Assembly: GCA_051652765.1 (NCBI GenBank)
Contig: JBOFUV010000030.1
Location: 1 to 28,646 of the forward strand
Length of the DNA: 28,646 bases
Source: Microcoleaceae cyanobacterium
GTDB lineage: Bacteria; Cyanobacteriota; Cyanobacteriia; Cyanobacteriales; Microcoleaceae
Reading direction: 5' to 3'
The notes under the pieces were generated by a model. The model saw only the letters and a program-made list of their open reading frames with translations. It searched no databases and was not told where the DNA came from. The first letter of the stretch is position 1. Each line of letters starts with the position of its first letter. Shown here piece after piece: positions 1-6,319 of this stretch. The position numbers and the translations under genes are program-made.

Positions 1-278
1 GCAATATCAATCCATTCGCAGGAATTTTACTCGCCGCTATTTGTGTTGCCGCAGGATTTGGAGCGATACGGATTCTTATGGGAATAGTAGATTTCATCAA
101 AAATCCTTCACGTCCTCGTATTGGAGGTGGCTGGGGTGGTTATGGATCTGCTGGCTGCGGAGGCTGGGGTGGGGGTGATTCTGGTAGTCATAATTCTAGT
201 GACTCTGGTGGTAATGACGGCGGCAGTGGTTGCAGTGGCGGCGGGGGTTGCGGTGGCGGAGGTTGTGGCGGTGGATAG
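1..278 (+). CDS. 3' end of a membrane protein with a Gly/Ser/Cys-rich C-terminal tail (partial; probable cassette gene)
   Basis: Frame is open from base 3 (NINPFAGILLAAICVAAGFGAIRILMG...: hydrophobic helix) to TAG at 276-278 and ends GGSGCSGGGGCGGGGCGGG. An attC-like site starts 3 nt after the stop. Confidence 0.75.
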   Translation, partial: NINPFAGILLAAICVAAGFGAIRILMGIVDFIKNPSRPRIGGGWGGYGSAGCGGWGGGDSGSHNSSDSGGNDGGSGCSGGGGCGGGGCGGG

Positions 279-280
279 CC

Positions 281-366
281 GTATAATAATTCGCTTGGAG
301 CGGACTGCCGAAAGATGTTGGTGCATTGCAAAAGTTGTTCGCAGCCGCTCAAGCGCACCGTTATCT
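281..366 (+). repeat. attC-like site 1 (86 nt)
   Basis: R'' GTATAAT (AAC>AAT) at 281-287, R' GTTATCT at 360-366. Left arm CGCTTG[G]AGCGG[A]CTGC[C]GAA pairs with right arm TTCGCAGCCGCTCAAGCG, leaving three single unpaired bases, as expected for attC extrahelical bases. Confidence 0.85.
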
Positions 367-491
367 TGCCAGCGCACCACAGCTTCCCTGTGGAGTTGAA
401 CCGAAGGGCGACTGACTATGGTGAGAGAGGGTTTGCATCATCTGCGCTGGTCGTTTTGCTGAGTTAAGAGACAGTTAGCTTGACTTGGGCG

Positions 492-559
492 GGCTAACCA
501 ATCACTGCACCCGACCTGCAATAGTACTATTGGATTAGTCCAAAAGCTATCTGTTAAGA
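492..559 (+). repeat. Truncated attC-like site (left arm only)
   Basis: GGCTAAC-CAATC-ACTGCACCCGAC matches the left-arm layout of the other sites (GGCTAAC-AATTC-AAATGCAGCGGAC). No complementary right arm is present; the sequence runs into GTTAAGA at 553-559. Confidence 0.55.
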
Positions 560-603
560 CAGTGCTTCTAGGCTATCTGCTGTGCCCGGTACGTCCTTTT
601 TCG

Positions 604-612
604 TGGTAAGAT
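604..612 (+). promoter_or_regulatory. Putative extended -10 promoter of the R-M operon
   Basis: TGgTAAGAT, 37 nt upstream of the methyltransferase ATG. Confidence 0.4.
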
Positions 613-649
613 GAAGCGCTACATGTAGTGTGGCTGGAATAACCTTACT

Positions 650-1657
650 ATGGCAGAGCAACTGGTTCTCCCCTTTCTGAAAAACTCTACATTCCTGACG
701 ACTGTTGAGCTATGCGCTGGTGCTGGTGGACAAGCACTGGGATTACATTCAGCAGGGTTTCACCATCTTGCTCTTGTTGATAATGATCAAAGCTGTATAA
801 CTACGCTGCAAGAAAATTTCAAGGGAGTTAATGTTTATTTAGAAGATCTCAAAACATGGAATGCTAAACCTTTTGAAGGTGTTGATTTATTAGCGGCTGG
901 TTTACCTTGCCCTCCATTTTCAAAAGCAGGTAAGCAACTTGGTTCTAATGATGAAAGGAATCTTTTCCCTTCAATACTAGACATCATAAGCGAGGTAAAA
1001 CCCAGAGGAATCATGATCGAGAATGTCCCTGGATTATTAGAACCTAGATTTGAAGAATTTAGATCTAATTTTCAAGAGCAACTTCGGAAGATGGGTTACA
1101 CTCCTGCCTGGAAGTTATTAAATGCTTGTGACTATGGTGTTTCTCAGTTACGACCGCGTGTTGTACTAATTGCACTTAAAAAGGATTTAGCTTCAAATTT
1201 TTCTTGGTCTCGACCTCTGAAGAGTGATCCTCCTACTGTTGGCGAAGCTCTTTATGATTTAATGGCTGAGAATGGGTGGGGAAAAGTTGATGAATGGAAG
1301 CAGAAAGCCAACAAAATTGCGCCTACCTTGGTTGGAGGAAGTAAAAAGCACGGTGGTCCTGATCTTGGACCAACAAGGGCTAAGAAAGCATGGGCATCTC
1401 TAGGAGTTAATGGACATTTAATAGCCCAGTCAGCACCCCAACCTGATTTTGATGGCAATCCCTATTTAACAGTTAAAATGTGCGCTAGACTTCAAGGCTT
1501 TCCTGATAGCTGGTTCTTCTCAGGTAAGAAAACGGCTGCATATAGGCAGGTTGGTAACGCTTTTCCCCCACCCGTTGCGGCAACGATAGGAAGAGAATTA
1601 TTTAGAGTACTTACAACGACTAAAAAAGTGTTCGCAATTAGTTCTAACCTCAGTTGA
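650..1657 (+). CDS. C5-cytosine DNA methyltransferase (type II R-M; M.NaeI/M.NgoMIV-like)
   Basis: Motifs I (ELCAGAGG), IV (GLPCPPFS), VI (ENVPG), VIII (QLRPR), IX (RLQGFPD) and X (YRQVGNA). The variable region GGSKKHGGPDLGPTRAK resembles GCCGGC-specific methyltransferases (from recall). Confidence 0.95.
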   Translation: MAEQLVLPFLKNSTFLTTVELCAGAGGQALGLHSAGFHHLALVDNDQSCITTLQENFKGVNVYLEDLKTWNAKPFEGVDLLAAGLPCPPFSKAGKQLGSNDERNLFPSILDIISEVKPRGIMIENVPGLLEPRFEEFRSNFQEQLRKMGYTPAWKLLNACDYGVSQLRPRVVLIALKKDLASNFSWSRPLKSDPPTVGEALYDLMAENGWGKVDEWKQKANKIAPTLVGGSKKHGGPDLGPTRAKKAWASLGVNGHLIAQSAPQPDFDGNPYLTVKMCARLQGFPDSWFFSGKKTAAYRQVGNAFPPPVAATIGRELFRVLTTTKKVFAISSNLS

Positions 1658-1658
1658 T

Positions 1659-2495
1659 ATGCCAAGAGTACCTACAAATAACCGTAATGCAGAAGCAGCA
1701 GTACAAGCATTCATAAATGATTTAACTAATAGAGGTTGGGGGCTAAGTGAGGCGTGGCTTGCTATTTCTAGGCAGCTTATGACCTGTGAGATATGGGATG
1801 AACTTAGAAAGACTTGGGTGCGGTATTACAATCAGCCTGTTTTACGAGAAAGGAACGACTACAAACTTTTAGCTAATAGTAGTCCGAATCAGGCTCTACA
1901 GGAGTCTACTCTTGTTGGTGATTACATTGCCCAAGAATTGAATATTCCCAGGGAAAATTTATGTGATGAGCTTGGCATATTCATGAAGGCATTGTCTATT
2001 CAGCCCAATAATCCTAGAGGGCATTCTTTCCGCTCTATTATTGCAGAGGTTTTGGCGCGATATAGTGATCCTCAGATCACTGTGCGAGAGGAAGTCAATC
2101 CCTATATTTTATTTTCAGGTAGTCAATTTAATCTTCGCTCTAAGAATCCCAGAATAGATATTGTTGCATATCGCAATAATCTTCCAGTTGCTCTCTGTTC
2201 GACTCGATGGACTTATCGCCATGACCGAGTTGACTTACTTGAAGAAGCCAGAGCTTATATGAATGCTGCTAAGGAGCTTAATCCTAATATTCACTTCTTT
2301 GGCATAACGGCAGAAATGAACCCTGCACGTCTTAAAAAGGTTGTCGCTCAGACTCTACCATTGATACCGTCTGCTGATGTTGACTATCTTGTACATTTAC
2401 ATGCACCTTTAGCTACAACGGTCGTAAACCACAATGGAGATTTAGTTCATCTTCTAGATCTCGTAGATTGGGTCAATAGCTCCCATACTTGGTAA
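1659..2495 (+). CDS. Putative type II restriction endonuclease, PD-(D/E)xK fold, CCGG-family-like
   Basis: Starts 1 nt after the MTase stop. Contains RIDIV...STRWTYRHDRVDLLEE, resembling the S-x-K-W-T-x-R-x-D-R...E motif of NgoMIV/Cfr10I/Ecl18kI-type enzymes. Confidence 0.7.
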   Translation: MPRVPTNNRNAEAAVQAFINDLTNRGWGLSEAWLAISRQLMTCEIWDELRKTWVRYYNQPVLRERNDYKLLANSSPNQALQESTLVGDYIAQELNIPRENLCDELGIFMKALSIQPNNPRGHSFRSIIAEVLARYSDPQITVREEVNPYILFSGSQFNLRSKNPRIDIVAYRNNLPVALCSTRWTYRHDRVDLLEEARAYMNAAKELNPNIHFFGITAEMNPARLKKVVAQTLPLIPSADVDYLVHLHAPLATTVVNHNGDLVHLLDLVDWVNSSHTW

Positions 2496-2519
2496 TAAGT
2501 GATGAGGTGTACGACAGCC

Positions 2520-2605
2520 AGCTAACAATGCGTTGGTGCGGACGGTATAAAGTCTGTCGTCGGGAGTTAGAGGTTACTAGCCGCCGCTGACTGGGAACGT
2601 TAGCC
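2520..2605 (+). repeat. attC-like site 2 (86 nt)
   Basis: R'' AGCTAAC at 2520-2526, R' GTTAGCC at 2599-2605, internal GCGG(AC)...GCCGCCGCTGA. Same length as site 1, 24 nt after the REase stop. L-box pairing is imperfect. Confidence 0.75.
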
Positions 2606-2725
2606 TGCTTCTCCGATAGGTTTTTGAGTTGGTTAGAATCTGGGGATAGGGTAGTTTGGGGTTTCACAGTCATTTAGTGGGTGACGCGATCGCCCAGCAT
2701 GATTTCAATCTTGAGGAAGATAATT

Positions 2726-2803
2726 ATGGCACAGCAGTTTTCGGGTACGGTTCAGATTTTGAACACCTCATCAGGCTCACCCACAGTTGTGCTTGACTGT
2801 TGA
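2726..2803 (+). pseudogene. Short ORF, probable truncated cassette gene (MAQQFSGTVQILNTSSGSPTVVLDC)
   Basis: GAGGA RBS-like motif before ATG 2726 and a -10-like TAGAAT at 2634-2639, but only 25 codons; followed by GTTAGAT at 2812. Confidence 0.35.
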
Positions 2804-2863
2804 GGGATTCAGTTAGATGTGGTTACAGGTTAAACTGGGGACAGATAAGCAACTTCCTCACCA

Positions 2864-3100
2864 ATGCCTACGGTTCTTCAGGTTGGGCCTTATAGTTTCA
2901 TCTTTTTCAGCTCTGATAGAGGTGAACCAGCTCATATTCACGTTAAGCGAGATCGGCAGTTAGCTAAGTTTTGGCTTAGTCCTGTTTCTTTAGAAAAGAA
3001 TCGAGAGTTTAAAGACCACGAATTAAATGATATTTCCCAGCTTGTGGAGGAACACGAACAAACACTATTGGAGGCTTGGCATGACTACTTTGACGTTTGA
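2864..3100 (+). CDS. DUF4160 family protein (HicA-like putative toxin)
   Basis: MPTVL...FFSSDRGEPAHIHV...AKFWL...LLEAWHDYF signature; overlaps the downstream DUF2442 gene. Confidence 0.9.
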   Translation: MPTVLQVGPYSFIFFSSDRGEPAHIHVKRDRQLAKFWLSPVSLEKNREFKDHELNDISQLVEEHEQTLLEAWHDYFDV

Positions 3101-3422
3101 GACAGAACCTCTTGCAGCACAGGTTAGACTAATCGATGAAAAGCTAATTGTAGACTTGATCGATGGACGAAGTTTAATTGTTCCCTTATCTTGGTATCCC
3201 CGTTTGCTCAATGCCTCTCAAGAGGAGCGACAAAACTGGCAACTCTTAGGAGATGGTTACGCAATCGAGTGGGTTGATTTGGACGAACATATTGGTGTTG
3301 AAGGTCTGCTAGCAGGTAGACAGAGCGGTGAAAGCCATCATTCTTTTGAACGTTGGCTGGCGACACGAGGCATTTCTTCACAGCTTAATCGGGCTAACAA
3401 TTCAAATGCAGCGGACAGTTGA
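3081..3422 (+). CDS. DUF2442 family protein (putative antitoxin)
   Basis: L-x-DGR-x-L-x-VPLSWYPRLLNAS...R-x-NW...IEW-x-DLDEHI-x-VEGLL signature. ATG 3081 is preceded by GGAGG. The C-terminus reads into attC site 3. Confidence 0.9.
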   Translation: MTTLTFETEPLAAQVRLIDEKLIVDLIDGRSLIVPLSWYPRLLNASQEERQNWQLLGDGYAIEWVDLDEHIGVEGLLAGRQSGESHHSFERWLATRGISSQLNRANNSNAADS

Positions 3423-3478
3423 GAGGTGCTGGTGCTGAATTTGAGTTCAACTGCCGCCGCTGAACTCAATCGTTATGC
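3392..3478 (+). repeat. attC-like site 3 (87 nt)
   Basis: R'' GGCTAAC at 3392-3398, R' GTTATGC at 3472-3478. CAGCGG/CCGCTG and CAGTTGA/TCAACTG arms pair. Confidence 0.85.
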
Positions 3479-3546
3479 AGCTCAGGCTGTTGGTTGGGAC
3501 GGTAGCCTGAAGGTTATCTTTATAGTGCTGATTGGGACTATAATTT

Positions 3547-3939
3547 ATGCAAATCATCGCTTCTGCTATCTCACTCAATGTTGATGATGTCACCGCATCC
3601 GCCACATTCGCCAAGCAACACTTCGGCTTTAGCGAGGAAATGTCAGCCGATGGCTTTGTGTCACTCTCTAGGAAAGATATTGGGTTTAACCTAATTTTCC
3701 TGAGAACTGGGTTGGAAAGCTTCAAGCCAATCCATCTGCGCGGACATCAAGCAGACGGTTTGCTGATTGTTTTAGTGGTGGACGACATCGATACAGAATA
3801 TGAGCGAATACAAGCAGAAGGGGTAACGATTACGACTGCAATTGAAACCGAACCCTGGGGTGAACGATTCTTTCAAGTCAGCGATCCAAATGGTGTTGTG
3901 ATTCAACTTGTCCAGTGGATGACAGAGCCAACTCAGTAA
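3547..3939 (+). CDS. VOC / glyoxalase-bleomycin resistance family protein
   Basis: ISLNVDDV...VVDDID...EGV...TEPWGERFFQVSDPNGVVIQL motifs. Confidence 0.9.
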   Translation: MQIIASAISLNVDDVTASATFAKQHFGFSEEMSADGFVSLSRKDIGFNLIFLRTGLESFKPIHLRGHQADGLLIVLVVDDIDTEYERIQAEGVTITTAIETEPWGERFFQVSDPNGVVIQLVQWMTEPTQ

Positions 3940-3992
3940 TCGTGATCTAAGATTGTGTAAATGGCAAGAACACAATGCCAATAATTCCAATT

Positions 3993-4223
3993 ATGAACTA
4001 CAGAAACTACATCACGATCGAACCCAATAAACGCGGTGGTAAGCCTTGTGTACGTGGCTTGCGAATTACGGTTTATGAAGTGCTTGAGTACCTAGCTTCC
4101 GAGATGACCGAAGCAGAAATTCTCGACGATTTTCCCGATCTGACACGAGAAGATTTAAAAGCCTGTATTGCTTATGCTGCTGACCGTGAGCGTCGGTTTA
4201 TGACCGCTCCATTATCCGCATGA
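3993..4223 (+). CDS. DUF433 family antitoxin (VapB45-like)
   Basis: ITIEPNKRGGKPCVRGLRITV...EILDDFPDLTREDLKAC. ATG 3993 preferred over 3975. Confidence 0.92.
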   Translation: MNYRNYITIEPNKRGGKPCVRGLRITVYEVLEYLASEMTEAEILDDFPDLTREDLKACIAYAADRERRFMTAPLSA

Positions 4224-4465
4224 AATTACTGTTTGATGAAAACTTATCGCCTAAATTGCCGAACCGTTTGAGCGATCTTTTCCCAAACTCGCTTCACGTT
4301 CGAGATGTGGGCATGAAAGCAACAATCGACCCAATAGTTTGGGATTATGCAAAAGACAATGATTTGATGATTGTCTCGAAGGATGCTGACATGCACGATC
4401 TGAGCTTAGTATTTGGGAATCCGCCAAAAGTCATTTGGCTTCGACTGGGAACCGATCCTTCCTGA
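4220..4465 (+). pseudogene. DUF5615 PIN-like toxin (VapC45-like), probably 3'-truncated
   Basis: MKLLFDENLS...IVSKDAD...PPKVIWLRLG then an abrupt TDPS-stop at 81 aa; family members normally continue further. ATGA overlap with DUF433. Confidence 0.75.
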
Positions 4466-4570
4466 TTTATGAGTGGTTAACCTGGATTCCGTAACCCTGG
4501 AGCAGTATTATTGGCCTGATTTTTCTAGCCAGTACTGCCCAAGCAGTTGCCGAATAAACTGTAGGATAGA

Positions 4571-5029
4571 CTAGGACGCGGCCTTTAGGGAATAGTCAGT
4601 CACTTCAATATCGAGTAGCTCAGTCACCACATCAATAGGAATATCCATGATCTGCCAAAGATGTCTGAGGAATTCTTTCTCCTGGATCAATGGCGGGCCA
4701 TCAATGAGCACCAGATCGGTTGCGACTCTAAAGGCACTTTCTTGATAGTCCGCAGGCAGAGATTCTCGGGCGATCGCGACCAAAGGTTCAATTCCTCGGG
4801 TAGACAGCAGATTAAACAAATCCTCCAGCATTTCTCGCAAACGTTGCTCTGAATAGTCCGTAAATAACGGTTGAACCAGCAAAAGATCAACAATCCGCTG
4901 CCTCTCCACCCCAGAAAGATAGCCATCGGCGGCGATCGCTGCTACTCCAATGGCGGCAAAAGCCTCCGATGGGGACAAGGAAACCCGATCCCCATCTTGA
5001 CTCCTAAAAACAATACTGAAAAGACTCAC
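4571..5029 (-). CDS. Tellurite resistance TerB family protein
   Basis: LSPSEAFAAI...AIAADG...E...AFRVATDLVLIDG...EKEFL motifs. Confidence 0.8.
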   Translation of the reverse strand: MSLFSIVFRSQDGDRVSLSPSEAFAAIGVAAIAADGYLSGVERQRIVDLLLVQPLFTDYSEQRLREMLEDLFNLLSTRGIEPLVAIARESLPADYQESAFRVATDLVLIDGPPLIQEKEFLRHLWQIMDIPIDVVTELLDIEVTDYSLKAAS

Positions 5030-5118
5030 CTGAGATCAATTCTCCTTGGTTCAGAACAAGTTAAATTTGTTCTATCCTAGCTGCGATTTCCAAACCTGGC
5101 AATTAGACCTATGCCAGA

Positions 5119-5478
5119 TTATCGATTTGAGCCATTGGGAGCGCCTGGTAATACCATCCCCTCAGCCGCCATACGATAGGGTTCAACGGCATCATTAAAG
5201 TCAATAGGCAGCACGGCAACAACGTTTTCATGGGGACGAGGAATGATCACCCAAGTTTCTAGGGTTCCACCGTAGACTTTCTCAACGGCAGCAATTCCTG
5301 CGTCCATTGAAGTTTTAACTTCTGAGACATCACCCCGAATCATGATGGTAAACCGCGCACTTCCGGCTCGAATGTATCCAACCAGAGTCACTCGACCTGC
5401 TTTGACCATCGCATCAGCAGCAGCTAAAATGCCTGGAAATCCCTTGGTTTCGAGTGCTCCAACGGCTTGTTGTGACAT
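5119..5478 (-). CDS. ccmK4: Carboxysome shell protein CcmK4
   Basis: BMC domain AVGALETKGFPGILAAADAMVKAGRVT...GSARF...IPRPHENV; downstream partner of ccmK3; GGAGA RBS before ATG 5478. Confidence 0.92.
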   Translation of the reverse strand: MSQQAVGALETKGFPGILAAADAMVKAGRVTLVGYIRAGSARFTIMIRGDVSEVKTSMDAGIAAVEKVYGGTLETWVIIPRPHENVVAVLPIDFNDAVEPYRMAAEGMVLPGAPNGSNR

Positions 5479-5610
5479 GCAAATTTCTCCTGAGTGAATC
5501 AAACGCTGTAGGGGGTCGCGTTCTTATTGTAGAAAGATTAGGGAACCTCTGACTAAGTTAGAAGTTATATTAAGGACAAGTATTGCTAATCTGTCTTCCT
5601 ATCTGTTTTC

Positions 5611-5919
5611 CTAGGGCCTAAATGGTTCACTGACCTCCGTATAATCGATCGGCATTACCGCTTCCAAATTCTCCGGCGGATTGGGTACAATGTAATGAGT
5701 GATAACTGTACAGCCAAAAACCTTCTCTGCAGCTTCTACTCCCGCTTTCATCGCAGGCACAACTTCAGAAGTCCTACCTCGAATCGACACTAAAAACTCG
5801 CCTCTTTCTGCAAGTTCGAACTGCACCAATGTCACCTGGGCTGCTTTGACCATCGCATCAGCGGCAGCTAGTACGCCCGGAAATCCTAAAGTTTGAATCA
5901 CTCCAACTGCCTCTGGCAT
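5611..5919 (-). CDS. ccmK3: Carboxysome shell protein CcmK3
   Basis: BMC domain MPEAVGVIQTLGFPGVLAAADAMVKAA...VPNPPENL. Confidence 0.92.
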   Translation of the reverse strand: MPEAVGVIQTLGFPGVLAAADAMVKAAQVTLVQFELAERGEFLVSIRGRTSEVVPAMKAGVEAAEKVFGCTVITHYIVPNPPENLEAVMPIDYTEVSEPFRP

Positions 5920-6144
5920 GTCAAATTTTCCTAAACGTCCTGAAAATAGCTGATCTAGACAATATTCTACGGCAACCTCTGACTATAAACCTCACCCTCC
6001 CAGCTTTTCTTGATTCTGAGCCAAACTTGCCGTGGGTTAACACTCAGTTCAAAAGTCAGGAATCAGACAAGAATTCGGCTTGACCTAGACAGCCGTCCTA
6101 ACTGTCCTAGGATATTGAGGCCACACTGCATCTAAAATCCCTGG

Positions 6145-6192
6145 AAGGTTTAGAATTTTCAAGGGTTAGAGTTTTCAAGGGTTAGAATTTTC
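6145..6192. repeat. 3 x 16 bp tandem repeat (AAGGGTTAGAATTTTC)
   Basis: AAGGTTTAGAATTTTC / AAGGGTTAGAGTTTTC / AAGGGTTAGAATTTTC in the divergent ccmK3-kinase intergenic region. Confidence 0.9.
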
Positions 6193-6319
6193 CTGCTTGA
6201 GAATTGGTAACGAGAAACAATTTGATAAAGTGACACCTTCGTTGATGACAAAACGGAATAGGAAGTGAACAATAAAGTCAAGGCAATTATTGTTCTTTCC
6301 GCGTGAGAGATAAAATCCC

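Larger units (their letters stand above)
1..4465 (+). mobile_element. Integron-like gene cassette array (CALIN or distal end of a chromosomal integron)
   Basis: Repeated 86-87 nt imperfect palindromes bounded by ..AAC/GTT.. core sites directly follow same-strand accessory genes (R-M, TA, VOC). No intI in the window. Confidence 0.8.

Noticed and set aside
108..399. Alternative ORFs 121-399 (+) and 108-380 (-)
   Set aside because: Shadow frames of the Gly-rich codons running through the attC; low-complexity V/A or T/A products.
369..450. tRNA gene (cloverleaf-like fold)
   Set aside because: No TTCRA T-loop, no canonical 7 nt anticodon loop, no D-loop GG. Kept only as an unnamed structured element.
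395..480. Additional attC (GTTGAAC...GTTAGCT, also 86 nt apart)
   Set aside because: The arms show no convincing L-box complementarity; the spacing may be coincidental.
2473..2673. 66 aa minus-strand ORF
   Set aside because: Spans attC site 2 antisense, with no recognisable motif.
1..2685. HIP1 absence as proof of foreign origin
   Set aside because: Core region 13874-22270 also lacks perfect HIP1 sites by eye, so absence is not discriminating here.
281..3478. CRISPR array interpretation of the repeated palindromes
   Set aside because: Repeats are ~86 nt, divergent and separated by whole genes rather than ~35 nt spacers; no cas genes.
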